A stretch of 64,000 bases of DNA from an uncultured Nitrospiraceae bacterium (GTDB lineage Bacteria; Nitrospirota; Nitrospiria; Nitrospirales; Nitrospiraceae): the NCBI GenBank assembly GCA_963730935.1, contig CAVSTP010000004.1, positions 1,504,001-1,568,000 of the forward strand, given 5' to 3'. Below are positions 9,429 to 19,366 of this stretch, piece by piece; positions within the stretch are counted from its first letter, which is position 1; each line of letters starts with the position of its first letter. Both the position numbers and the translations under genes were made by a program. A model generated the notes under the pieces. It did not search any database, was not told the DNA's origin, and saw only the letters and a list, made by a program, of their open reading frames with translations.

Positions 9429-10377
9429 CCAAGATCACTTGAGATGGATATCGCTTGGCATTCGTCATCAATTCTCTGAGGTCTGCTGACACGACGCGAA
9501 GATTCCCCAGGATTTCGTCGATGTCTTGGCTTTTGCCGGCGATGAGATGGTCCACCCGCCGGACCGTGCTATCCAGTCGCATCACGGCGCTGGGCAATTG
9601 CTTCGACGCGAGTGACAGTTCTGAGGCTGTTGCCGCCGCATCGGACAGAATCCTCTGGATGTTGGGGTTGCTCAGGAGACTCCGAGCTTGGTGGAGTGCA
9701 CCCTGCACCTCAGCCAAGGCCTGTCCGGCCTGGGCACTCAGCTGCTTCATATCTGTGTCATCCGCCACTCTGGTCATTGAGACGATCAGCCTGTCCAGAT
9801 CAGCCGTGACCTTATGGATCTGTGCCTGCTCCAAGTCTTTGGCAATCCTGTTCAAGGCTGCGCCGAGCACGGTGACGGTACTGCGTCCAGACGGCACATA
9901 GAGTGTTTTGGGCGTCCATGCGATCGGGAGAGGCGGATAGTCTTTTGGATCATAGTAATCGGCTTCCAGGAAGACCACGCCGGTCACACCTTGTGATGTC
10001 AGCCGAACCCTGAGCCCCTCCTCAACCCGCCGCACGAGCTCACCCCGCCTTTCATCTTCCGACCGGCCCGGAAACAGGTCTTTGATGCCAACCCGCACGA
10101 GAATATAGGTGCCGTATCGAAAGAGGTCTTCTTCGCTGAGCTCTTTGTAGTGATTTCTCACGAAACCAATGTGCTCGACGCTTCCGATCGTCACACCACG
10201 AAATCTGAGCGGCGCGCCGATGCTGAGTCCCTGCACTGATTCATCGAAATAGCTTTCAACCCAAATTTTCTCTTCGAAGAGCGAACCAACACCGAGGACA
10301 ATCACTACAACCACGGCAAGGAGGATGCCGCCGACCGTAAACACCCCGATCTTGAAGTAGTGAGCTTTGGCGCTCAT
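9391..10377 (-). CDS. MlaD/MCE family protein
   Basis: N-terminal TM, ESVQGLSIGAPLRFRGVTIGSV MCE motif, helical C-terminus. Confidence 0.9.
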   Translation of the reverse strand: MSAKAHYFKIGVFTVGGILLAVVVVIVLGVGSLFEEKIWVESYFDESVQGLSIGAPLRFRGVTIGSVEHIGFVRNHYKELSEEDLFRYGTYILVRVGIKDLFPGRSEDERRGELVRRVEEGLRVRLTSQGVTGVVFLEADYYDPKDYPPLPIAWTPKTLYVPSGRSTVTVLGAALNRIAKDLEQAQIHKVTADLDRLIVSMTRVADDTDMKQLSAQAGQALAEVQGALHQARSLLSNPNIQRILSDAAATASELSLASKQLPSAVMRLDSTVRRVDHLIAGKSQDIDEILGNLRVVSADLRELMTNAKRYPSQVILGEPPSHAKAGRR

Positions 10378-11186
10378 GTGTGTGTTCCTTTAACAGTTTC
10401 GCCCGTGGCCTTGCCTGTCCCTGTCGATGCTTGCCGGTTAAAGAATTGTGTCACCCACGGATTCGTCGAGCGTTCGCGCAGTTCCTGAGGCCTTCCCGTC
10501 GCCACAATCTTCTTCACTCGCTTGTCCAACATGATCACCCGATCGGCAATGGTGTAAATACTCGCCAACTCGTGCGTCACCACCACAAACGTCACCGCGA
10601 GATTGCGGGCAAGGCCGAGAATCAACTGGTCCAAGTCCGCCGAGGTGATCGGATCGAGGCCGGCGGATGGCTCGTCGAGAAAGAGAATCGCCGGTTCCAG
10701 CGCCATCGCGCGCGCGATCGCCGCCCGCTTTTGCATGCCTCCGCTGATCTCGGCGGGCATGTAGTCCGTGAAGCCTTCCAACCCCACCAATTTTAACTTC
10801 ATCAGAGCGATGAGATTCATCGCCTCAAGCGGAAGATCGGTGAACTCCTCTAACGGCAAACGGACATTTTCCAGGAGAGTCATGGACCCAAACAGCGCGC
10901 CCATTTGATACATGACGCCGATGTTCCTGAGGATCTTGGTGCGTTGTTCTCCCTCGGCCGTGACGATGTCCTCGTCCTGAATCAGGATGCGACCCGTGAC
11001 CGGCTGATGGAGGCCGATCATGTGTTTCAGCAAGGTGCTCTTCCCGGATCCAGACCCGCCCAGAATGACGAATACTTCTCCACGATAGACCTCAAAAGAG
11101 ATGTCGTCGATCACCACCGAGCCCTCGAACCCCCCGGTCATGTGCTGGACGCTGATGATGGGATCCTGTGTGGTCACGCTCGTCAC
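10374..11186 (-). CDS. ABC transporter ATP-binding protein (MlaF-like)
   Basis: Walker A GGSGSGKS, signature ISGGMQKR, DEPSAGLDP. Confidence 0.92.
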   Translation of the reverse strand: MTSVTTQDPIISVQHMTGGFEGSVVIDDISFEVYRGEVFVILGGSGSGKSTLLKHMIGLHQPVTGRILIQDEDIVTAEGEQRTKILRNIGVMYQMGALFGSMTLLENVRLPLEEFTDLPLEAMNLIALMKLKLVGLEGFTDYMPAEISGGMQKRAAIARAMALEPAILFLDEPSAGLDPITSADLDQLILGLARNLAVTFVVVTHELASIYTIADRVIMLDKRVKKIVATGRPQELRERSTNPWVTQFFNRQASTGTGKATGETVKGTHT

Positions 11187-12331
11187 ACTCCCAGCGCATA
11201 GAAGAGGACCGCAAACACACCATCGACGATCGCAATGAGCACGATGCCGCTCACGACGGCACTGGTGGTAGATTGGCCGACCCCGCTGGCATCCGACGCC
11301 GTCTGAAGGCCGCGCAGGCAGCCGATGCCGGCCACCACGATGCCGTAGACCAAGGACTTGACCAGCCCGCCGAGGAAGTCCCCTACGGTCACCGCTGAAA
11401 GGATCTGATTGATGTAGGTGATCAGCGGAAACCCCAGCGACAGCATCACCAGTGCCCCTCCAATCAACCCAAACAGATTCGCGAATACGCTCAGGATGGG
11501 GGTCATGCTCACCGCCGCCAGGACACGAGGCACCACGAGAAATCGAACCGGTTCAAGCCCCATCGTGACGAGGGCATCGATCTCTTCCCTGACCTTCATG
11601 GTGCCGAGCTCGGCGGCGAATGCCGACCCGGACCGGCCGGCCAGTACAATGGCGGTGATCAGGGGACCCATCTCTCGAAGCATCGAGACGCCAACGAGGT
11701 TTGCGACGAAGATCTCCGCCCCGAAGCGGCGCATCGGAATCGCCGACTGAAACGCCAGGATGAGTCCCAGCAGAAACCCAACCAACGCAATGATCGGGAG
11801 TGCGTCAACGCCAGCCCGTTCCGCACTGAGCCAGGCATCCGACCATCGAACCAGACGTGGATGCCGAGCGGCACGCAACAGCGCCGCCATGAGCTCACCG
11901 ACGAAGGTCAACAGCACCTGGACGTCTTGCCAGATTCCGATTGTAAAGTGGCCAACTTGTTCAACGAGCGAGAGCGGCTCGCGGTGTTTTCCTGTCGGCG
12001 CTTCTCGTGGGACGTCTCCATAGAGATCAAGCAGGCGGCGGAACTCCTCCTTGAGCCCACGAATCGTCACGTGCCCCCCGGTCCCGGCCTGGTGCTGCTG
12101 AAGTTTGACGAAGAAAGCGGCACCCGCGCCATCGCAGTAGCTCACGTCCGAGGCATCAATGACGACCTCGACCGGTCTCGACTGCTCGAGCACGTGCAGG
12201 GCCTGCCTCCACAACCGTCCGGTGGAATTTGTATCTATGTGTCCAGTGATGAGGAGGGTCAGGATGGCTCGATCGTGCGAGAGCCGAGTCTCAAGCGAGC
12301 CGGTCGGGTGAACAGTAGCGGCACCGTTCAT
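11183..12331 (-). CDS. MlaE family permease with N-terminal STAS domain
   Basis: LREMGPLITAIVLAGRSGSAFAAELGTMKVREEIDAL; STAS-like N-terminus. Confidence 0.92.
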   Translation of the reverse strand: MNGAATVHPTGSLETRLSHDRAILTLLITGHIDTNSTGRLWRQALHVLEQSRPVEVVIDASDVSYCDGAGAAFFVKLQQHQAGTGGHVTIRGLKEEFRRLLDLYGDVPREAPTGKHREPLSLVEQVGHFTIGIWQDVQVLLTFVGELMAALLRAARHPRLVRWSDAWLSAERAGVDALPIIALVGFLLGLILAFQSAIPMRRFGAEIFVANLVGVSMLREMGPLITAIVLAGRSGSAFAAELGTMKVREEIDALVTMGLEPVRFLVVPRVLAAVSMTPILSVFANLFGLIGGALVMLSLGFPLITYINQILSAVTVGDFLGGLVKSLVYGIVVAGIGCLRGLQTASDASGVGQSTTSAVVSGIVLIAIVDGVFAVLFYALGV

Positions 12332-12385
12332 GACAGCAGACCTATTTATAGGACGAACGTTCTTTCCATTAATGCTGAAAACGCT

Positions 12386-12841
12386 CTATTTCATCTGCGT
12401 CATCTCAACATAATAATGATGGCCGTCATTGAGTGCGGCTTCGAGCACCAACACCGGGGTGCCGGCCTTATTATGAAGCGTTATGGTGCCGGTCCCTCTG
12501 CCACTGGTTCCCGAAACTTGGCCGTTGAGAATTGTGAGGGTGCCGGTCCCTAAGAATAAGCCGGATCCCGATCCCTCATCGCTGATAAAGTTAAAGTGTC
12601 CCCGCTCATTGATGACCATGAGGACTTGCGCATGGTCCCGCATATCCGGCATCCGTTTACTCAATCCTTCCCATTTGCCGGCCACCTGCGTAAACGTGGT
12701 AATGGGAACGATCTTCGATTCAGACCGGCTCTGCATAGTCCCGCAGCCGAAGATCACTGCCGCACACAATGCCAGCGTGAAGATCATCAGTCCTTTCATC
12801 ACATTCACCATTGTCATTCTATTGACCGCCAGTTGGGCCAT
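12386..12841 (-). CDS. Hypothetical lipoprotein
   Basis: Signal with IFGC lipobox and a beta-rich body; follows the efflux operon. Confidence 0.6.
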   Translation of the reverse strand: MAQLAVNRMTMVNVMKGLMIFTLALCAAVIFGCGTMQSRSESKIVPITTFTQVAGKWEGLSKRMPDMRDHAQVLMVINERGHFNFISDEGSGSGLFLGTGTLTILNGQVSGTSGRGTGTITLHNKAGTPVLVLEAALNDGHHYYVEMTQMK

Positions 12842-14270
12842 TCATCGCTGTTTTCTCCGTGGCCGGCGTCGGCGACCATCCTCCCCCCAGGGCTTTATAG
12901 AGTTGGACCACCGACACGAGATGTAGGCGGCGCGTAGAGGCCAGCGAAAGTTCGGCGTCAAAAAGGTTTCGCTGCGCGATGAGCACATCCAGATAATTCG
13001 CGATCCCGCCAGTGTAGCGCAGATTCGCCAGATGCAATGCCGACTGCAGCGCCTTGACTTGCTTTTCCTGTGCCCTCACCTGTTCAACGGCGGTCGTCAC
13101 CGCCACCAACGCATCCTCCACTTCTCTGAAGGCAACAAGGATCGTCTGTTCGTATTGGGCAACGGCCTGGCCCGCTTGAGCCTGCGACGCCTCCTGTTGA
13201 AACCCTAAAATCTGCGCATTGAAGAGCGGACCGGCCACGCTGGCCCCTGCCACCCCGAAAAAGGTTTCGTTGGCCACCAGATGGTTCAACTGGGGACTGG
13301 CAATACCCAGAATGCCGGTGATGCTGAGCTTGGGAAATCGGTCGGCCTTGGCCTGTCCTATCCTTGCGGTCGCGGCGGCCAATTGTTGCTCTGCTTGGAT
13401 GACATCTGGACGGCGCTGCAACAGCTCTGAGGGAAGGCCGGCCGGCACGAGCGGCGGCATCATTTGTTCGGTCAGGGCGCGCCCCCTCGTGATTCGAGCG
13501 GGATTCCTCCCCAGTAAGACGCTGATTTCGTTTTCCTTCTGCACCATCTGCCGCTTCAACTCGGCGATGCGAGCCGCGGCATTCGCCTGTTCGGCTTCGA
13601 ACTGATCGACATCCAGTTGATTGATGTAGCCCACCCGGAACCGCGCCTTGGCAAGTTTCACGGACTCATCCCACGCTCCCAACGTCCGCGTAGCGATTTC
13701 GAGCTGCAGGTCGAACTGCCGGAGTTCGAAATAGGCTTGAGCCACTCCGCCCACGATCTGAAGGATAATCGCTCTGCGGTTCTCTTCCCGGGCGAGCAAG
13801 TCTCCCAGGGCGGCCTCATTGGAGCGGCGGATCCGTCCCCAGATATCGAGTTCCCAAGCGAGATTGCCCTGGACATAGTAGTTGAACGGGTTGGGGAATC
13901 CGGGGAAGGCGACATTTCTCGTGTTGCCGAAGCCCGGCGCGTTGACCACCGCATTCATCTGCGGAGCAAAATCGGTTTTGGCGATGAGCATCCGTGCGGC
14001 AAATTCGTCCACGGTCGCCACCGTCCGTTTGAGATCCTTGTTTTCCTCCAGTGCGACGCGGATCAGCCTTTGGAGTTCCTCATCACGATAGAGTTCCCAC
14101 CACGGAACGTTGGCCAGAGACTGCACATCTTTTTGTGCCTCGGCCATCCGGAAGGAGTCGGACACGGGGATGTCGGGGCGGGAGTAGTCCGGACCGACCT
14201 TGCAGGAGGCAAGTACCAACAGCAGTCCGAGCAAGAGTACGCGGTGGATGATGGAAGACATATTCCTCAC
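12819..14270 (-). CDS. RND efflux outer-membrane lipoprotein (NodT/OprM family)
   Basis: LASCKVGPDY, WELDIWGRIRR, PSELLQRRPDV and LYKALGGGW. Confidence 0.95.
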   Translation of the reverse strand: MRNMSSIIHRVLLLGLLLVLASCKVGPDYSRPDIPVSDSFRMAEAQKDVQSLANVPWWELYRDEELQRLIRVALEENKDLKRTVATVDEFAARMLIAKTDFAPQMNAVVNAPGFGNTRNVAFPGFPNPFNYYVQGNLAWELDIWGRIRRSNEAALGDLLAREENRRAIILQIVGGVAQAYFELRQFDLQLEIATRTLGAWDESVKLAKARFRVGYINQLDVDQFEAEQANAAARIAELKRQMVQKENEISVLLGRNPARITRGRALTEQMMPPLVPAGLPSELLQRRPDVIQAEQQLAAATARIGQAKADRFPKLSITGILGIASPQLNHLVANETFFGVAGASVAGPLFNAQILGFQQEASQAQAGQAVAQYEQTILVAFREVEDALVAVTTAVEQVRAQEKQVKALQSALHLANLRYTGGIANYLDVLIAQRNLFDAELSLASTRRLHLVSVVQLYKALGGGWSPTPATEKTAMNGPTGGQ

Positions 14271-14300
14271 CTCCCGGTTAGCCCAGAGGGGAATACTCGG

Positions 14301-17300
14301 TCAGACGGTCTTCTCGGCGACAGGCCTCTCGCGGGGCACTACCGGCGGCTCGACCACCGCCGAACCGAGGACCCACTGGTTCATTTTTCCGATGAGCACA
14401 AAGAACAGGGGCACGAAAAAGATGGCGAGGAATGTCGCCGCCAGCATGCCGCCAAGCACCCCGGTGCCGATGGATCGCCGGCTGGCGGCGCCGGCACCAG
14501 TGGCGATCACGAGCGGCAGGACGCCAAGAATGAAGGCCATCGAGGTCATGATAATGGGACGGAAGCGCAGCCGGGCGGCCTCGACGGCCGACTCGATCAG
14601 CGGGCGGCCCTGGTGGTATTGCTGGCTGGCAAATTCGACGATCAGAATCGCATTCTTCGCCGACAGTCCGATCAGCGTGACGAGCCCGATCTGGAAGTAG
14701 ATGTCGTTATTCATGCCGCGCAGCCACACCGCCGACAAAGCGCCGAAGACTCCGAATGGCACCGCGAGAATCACGGCAAAGGGCACCGTCCAACTTTCGT
14801 ACTGCGCCGCGAGGACCAGAAATACCATCAGGAGACCAAACGCGAATGCGAGAACCGATTGGGTCCCCGCCTTTCGTTCCTGGAAAGAAATCCCGCTCCA
14901 GTCGATCCGATACCCCTGCGGCACCAATACCTCCTCTGCCACCCGCTGAAGCGCATCCAGGGTTTGTCCCGAACTGGAGCCCGGACTCGAGGCGCCGAGG
15001 ACCAGGGCCGTATTGAACCCATTGAAATGCGTCACCGGATCGGGGCCGCTCGTTGATTCGGTGCTCACCACGGTGTCGAGCGGAATCATGGCATGGCCTT
15101 GGCCCTGACTGTTCGTCGCCCGGACATAAATTTTCGAGATGTCCTGCGGCGCCGAGCGATATTGGGCTTCCGCTTCGGTTTGCACCCGATAGACCCGCCC
15201 AAATTTCACGAAGTCGTTGATATAGAAATTCCCGAAGTAGGCTTGCATCGTATCGAAGACTTCCGAGATCGGGATCCCGAGGGCTTTGGCACGGTCGCGG
15301 TTGATCGTGGCGTACAATCGAGGCGCGGTTACTCGAAAGCTGGTGCTGATGCCGCCGATCGCCGGGTCTTGCTTGGCCTTGGCCACGAACTCCTTGGTCA
15401 CGGCTGCGAATTTCTTGAAATCCCCTCCGCTCGGATCCTGGATCTGGACGGAGAACCCGCCCGTCGCGCCGAGGCCACGGATCGACGGAGGGTTGAAGGC
15501 CAATACGACTGCGTCGCGGAATTTCCCGAATTCCCGAAAGGCCCCAGCGATCAGCGCCTTCGCATGCAGTTGCGGGTCCTTCCGTTTATCCCATGGCATA
15601 AGCGGCACAAAGGTCGTCGCCATGTAGGTCCCACGGGTATTGAAGACGAAATTTTGACCGACCAGTGCATTTGTGCCGTATACGGCCGGATTCGAGAGAA
15701 AGAATCCTTCGACTTTGTCCATCACGGCGAGGGTCCGTTTCTTCGAGGCACCATCAGGAAGCTGAGCTACCACGATGATGTAGCCTTGGTCTTCGTCAGG
15801 CAAAAAGCCCGAGGGTGTGACGCGGAACAGCGCCAGCGCCACCAACGCGACAATGCCGAACAAGGCGAGCGAGAAGAGCGTGCGTGCGATGGTGTGACCG
15901 ACGGCGCCGGCATAGCGCGTTTGGCCCCACACGAAGAATCGATTGAAGTGTGCGAAAAATCCTTTCCTCGCGCTATGACGCGGTTTGAGGATTAAGGCGC
16001 ACAGCGCCGGACTCAGCGTCAACGCCACGAAGCCGGAGATCATGACGGAGATCGCGATGGTAATCGCGAATTGCTTATACAGCTGGCCGGTAATGCCGCC
16101 TAAGAATCCTACCGGGACAAAGACCGCGCAGAGGACCAGCACGATGGCAATCACCGGGCCGGTCACTTCCTCCATGGCCTTTTTCGCTGCTTCCTTGGGT
16201 GACAGGCCGTCTTCGATGTGACGCTCGACGTTCTCGACCACGACGATAGCGTCGTCCACCACGATGCCGATCGCCAGGATCATGCCGAACAGCGTCAGCG
16301 TATTAATGGAGAAGCCCAGCGCAGACATGCCGGCAAATGTCCCGATGAGTGAGACGGGCACTGCCACCGCCGGGATCAGCGTCGCACGCCAGGACTGTAA
16401 AAAAAGATACACGACGAGGATGACCAGGATCATCGCATCGCGCAAAGTCTTGACGACCTCTTCAATCGACACTTCGATAAATCGTGTCGTGTCATAGGGG
16501 ACGTCGTACGTCACGCCGGGTGGGAAGGTCTTCGCCAATTCATCCATCCGCTGGCGGACTTGTCTGATGGTGTCGAGGGCGTTAAACCCCGGCGCCAAAA
16601 ATGTGACGAGTAGGGCCGTGGGTTTTCCCTTGTACCGCCCATCCAGGTCGTACGATTGCGCGCCGAGTTCAATCCTGGCCACATCTTTCAAGCGGATCAT
16701 GGAACCGTTGGGCATGGCCCGAACGATCATCTCCTCGAAGTCCTTCACCTCCGTCAGACGGCCGCGCGTAATGATTGGAATCGTGAGCTCGTTCTGTTGC
16801 GGCGTGGGCTCTCGCCCGATCAAGCCTGCCGGAAAGTCCCGGTTCTGTTCCCGGACAACGCCGACAATGTCGCTGGGAGTGAGATTGAGTTGCGCCATGC
16901 GCACCGAGTCGAGAACCACCCGCATGCTGTAGTTCTGCTGCCCGAAGATATAGGCGTCGCCCACGCCCGGGATACGCTTGATGTCGTCGACGAGACGGAC
17001 CGTCGCGTAGTTCGCGAGAAAAAACGCATCGTACTTGGGATCGGTCGACTGGAGGATCAAGACGCCCAACAGATCGGTCGAAAGTTTCTTGACCGTGACC
17101 CCCTGACGAATGACTTCCGGCGGGAGTTGAGGCTCTGCCAGCTTCTCCCGGTTCTGGGCCTGGACCTGTGCGATGTCGATGTTGGTGCTGATCTCGAACG
17201 TCAGCCGGAGGGTCATGTGGCCGTCATTGGTGCTGGTCGAGTCGTAGTAGAGGAGGTTGTCGATGCCGGGAATCTGCAGCTCAATGACACGGGCGACGGA

Positions 17301-17480
17301 ATCGGCCACGGTCTCAGCGCTGGCACCGGGGTAATCGGCGTCGATCTGGACGACAGGAGGCGTTATCTGGGGAAACTGCGCGATGGGCAGGGTCACCATC
17401 GCCACGAGGCCGATCACCACAATCACGATCGAGAGGACCGAGGCAAAGATCGGCCGATCGATGAAAAACCGCGGGCTCAT
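14301..17480 (-). CDS. RND efflux transporter, HAE1/AcrB family
   Basis: FFIDRPIFA, GIVVDDAIVVVENVER, AKNAILIVEFA and RFRPIIMTS. Confidence 0.97.
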   Translation of the reverse strand: MSPRFFIDRPIFASVLSIVIVVIGLVAMVTLPIAQFPQITPPVVQIDADYPGASAETVADSVARVIELQIPGIDNLLYYDSTSTNDGHMTLRLTFEISTNIDIAQVQAQNREKLAEPQLPPEVIRQGVTVKKLSTDLLGVLILQSTDPKYDAFFLANYATVRLVDDIKRIPGVGDAYIFGQQNYSMRVVLDSVRMAQLNLTPSDIVGVVREQNRDFPAGLIGREPTPQQNELTIPIITRGRLTEVKDFEEMIVRAMPNGSMIRLKDVARIELGAQSYDLDGRYKGKPTALLVTFLAPGFNALDTIRQVRQRMDELAKTFPPGVTYDVPYDTTRFIEVSIEEVVKTLRDAMILVILVVYLFLQSWRATLIPAVAVPVSLIGTFAGMSALGFSINTLTLFGMILAIGIVVDDAIVVVENVERHIEDGLSPKEAAKKAMEEVTGPVIAIVLVLCAVFVPVGFLGGITGQLYKQFAITIAISVMISGFVALTLSPALCALILKPRHSARKGFFAHFNRFFVWGQTRYAGAVGHTIARTLFSLALFGIVALVALALFRVTPSGFLPDEDQGYIIVVAQLPDGASKKRTLAVMDKVEGFFLSNPAVYGTNALVGQNFVFNTRGTYMATTFVPLMPWDKRKDPQLHAKALIAGAFREFGKFRDAVVLAFNPPSIRGLGATGGFSVQIQDPSGGDFKKFAAVTKEFVAKAKQDPAIGGISTSFRVTAPRLYATINRDRAKALGIPISEVFDTMQAYFGNFYINDFVKFGRVYRVQTEAEAQYRSAPQDISKIYVRATNSQGQGHAMIPLDTVVSTESTSGPDPVTHFNGFNTALVLGASSPGSSSGQTLDALQRVAEEVLVPQGYRIDWSGISFQERKAGTQSVLAFAFGLLMVFLVLAAQYESWTVPFAVILAVPFGVFGALSAVWLRGMNNDIYFQIGLVTLIGLSAKNAILIVEFASQQYHQGRPLIESAVEAARLRFRPIIMTSMAFILGVLPLVIATGAGAASRRSIGTGVLGGMLAATFLAIFFVPLFFVLIGKMNQWVLGSAVVEPPVVPRERPVAEKTV

Positions 17481-18679
17481 TTGGACGCTTCGGACGCTTC
17501 GTTTTTCTTTGGCCCTGAGGCTTGAGTCCCCGACGGTTCGACCTCAACCGGTACCGGCTTCACGGTCGAATCGGGGATGATGCGTTGCAGACTATCAACG
17601 ACCACCTGTTCCCCGGAGGCCAAACCTTCTTCCACGAGCCATTGGTTTCCTTGCCAGACGGTCGCCTTGACCTCTCGGATCTCCACTTTGTTGTCGGCAC
17701 TCACGACATACACGATCGGGCCTTTCGGCCCTTGCAGCACGGCTCGTTGTGGAATGAGCATCACGCTACTCCTCGAGACCCCATGAAAACGGACCGTCAC
17801 GAACTGACCGGGAATGATGATGCCGTCACGATTGGGGAACGTGACACGACCCGACCGTTCGCCGGTGTCGCTGCGCAGTCCCACATCGAGCAGATCCAGC
17901 GTGCCTTCCTCCGCATACTTGCTGCCATTGAGAAAAATGAGCGTGCCTGTCAGTTTGTAGATGCCGGGATGCTGGATCTTCTTGGCGGCAATATCCTCGC
18001 GCCGCTTGATCAAAAACGCCTCCGGGGCATTGACGACGACATACATCGGATCGATCTGATGGATGATCGTCAGCAAATCGGTCTGCGCGGAGACCAAACG
18101 GCCTTCATACACGCGTGTTCGCTCGACCAATCCCGTAATCGGCGCCACGATGACCGTGTTGTTAAGATCAAACTTGGCTTTGATCAAATCGCCTTTGGCG
18201 GTGTCCAGGGCGGCCTTGGCTGATAGTTCTTCCGCCACCGCATCGTCGTAGTCCTTTTGACTGACGGCGTGCTCTTCCAAGAGCGGCTTCACGCGCGCCA
18301 GGTTTTGCCTGGCCTGCACGAGGCGCGCCTCAGACTGGGACACTCGGCCCGTGGCACTGGCCGCCGCTGCGCGGAATGGCACCTCATCGATTCGATAGAG
18401 CCGATCGCCCTTCTTGATGTCTCTCCCCTCCTGGAAGTACCGCTCTTGGATGATGCCCGTCACCTGCGATCGAATTTCTACGATTCGCGACGCTTCGGCT
18501 TGACCGATGAACTCCGGCTCGTCGGGGACTGAAGTAGGTGTCACCGTCAGTACCCCGATTTCCGGCACCGGAGGGGCGGGTGACGACTGGACTTCTCCTT
18601 TACAGCCCGAGAGATACAGGGAGGCCCCGAAAATCAACGTCCACACGGCTAGAGATCGAATGGTGTGATTGGTGTTCAC
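17477..18679 (-). CDS. RND efflux membrane-fusion (periplasmic adaptor) lipoprotein
   Basis: LSGC lipobox, EIRSQVTGII and IVAPITG. Start placed at GTG 18679; the longer N-terminal extension in the track looks non-coding. Confidence 0.9.
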   Translation of the reverse strand: MNTNHTIRSLAVWTLIFGASLYLSGCKGEVQSSPAPPVPEIGVLTVTPTSVPDEPEFIGQAEASRIVEIRSQVTGIIQERYFQEGRDIKKGDRLYRIDEVPFRAAAASATGRVSQSEARLVQARQNLARVKPLLEEHAVSQKDYDDAVAEELSAKAALDTAKGDLIKAKFDLNNTVIVAPITGLVERTRVYEGRLVSAQTDLLTIIHQIDPMYVVVNAPEAFLIKRREDIAAKKIQHPGIYKLTGTLIFLNGSKYAEEGTLDLLDVGLRSDTGERSGRVTFPNRDGIIIPGQFVTVRFHGVSRSSVMLIPQRAVLQGPKGPIVYVVSADNKVEIREVKATVWQGNQWLVEEGLASGEQVVVDSLQRIIPDSTVKPVPVEVEPSGTQASGPKKNEASEASK

Positions 18680-18887
18680 CTTCTGGCCTTGCAAGAGCGC
18701 AGACCGCTTGAATTCATTGAGCACACGCGCAGGACTTGTGCGAGGGGGCGGTGGTAAGGCCGGTGATGACGGGAAAGACCGATGGGGGAGGGTGACTGAC
18801 CCTTTGGCGTCTGCCATAGACGAGCCGCCTCCAGTCACGGGATGATCAGTATTACACAACGTACGATGCACTGCCCCTGTCAATTCT

Positions 18888-18935
18888 GACAGGTCATTAA
18901 CCACGCATCCGGACAGGTCATTAACCACGCATCCG
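18888..18935. repeat. Perfect 24-bp tandem duplication GACAGGTCATTAACCACGCATCCG x2
   Basis: Read directly: 18888-18911 and 18912-18935. Confidence 0.95.
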
Positions 18936-19154
18936 CGAGAAGTTCTGCTGTCTCGCTGGCGACGAACTGTCGGCGCGCCGCCGAACGATCGGCAGATGAT
19001 GCTGCTGTTCGGCATGACAGGGTCGAAGGATGTTCATTGAAAGCCCGCGTTCTGTAATGGTTTTCCCGCTTTTCGAGTATCGGTTGATGGAGGAATGATC
19101 GTTGCCTTACTTTCTGCGTAGAACATCGAATCGCACAAGAGGAAGGAGGACGCC

Positions 19155-19322
19155 ATGAGATGGGAACTGTTTACATGGATTTTGGCAGGAGGGGTCTTTA
19201 GCATGCTCTGGTTTCTCTATCTTTCGATCGCACAGGACCACAAACACAGGACGGCGTTGGCCCAGTATTTTAGACGGCATCGGACCCATCGTCACCGTGA
19301 TGGCTCTATTGCAAACGCATGA
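19155..19322 (+). CDS. Small single-pass membrane protein (55 aa)
   Basis: Below the ORF-track cutoff. AGGAGG RBS; MRWELFTWILAGGVFSMLWFLYLSIAQDHKHRTALAQYFRRHRTHRHRDGSIANA. Confidence 0.55.
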   Translation: MRWELFTWILAGGVFSMLWFLYLSIAQDHKHRTALAQYFRRHRTHRHRDGSIANA

Positions 19323-19366
19323 TCGTTGGGAGGACAGTGTAAAGGCTCATCTGAGATGTAGAGCGT

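Noticed and set aside
13617..15056. 479-aa plus-strand ORF
   Set aside because: Antisense shadow of the efflux genes, expected in GC-rich DNA; no motifs.
18888..18935. Possible CRISPR repeat
   Set aside because: Two adjacent copies with no spacer and no cas genes.
18680..19015. 112-aa N-terminal extension of the membrane-fusion protein
   Set aside because: It precedes the lipoprotein signal and includes the 24-bp duplication; probably non-coding.
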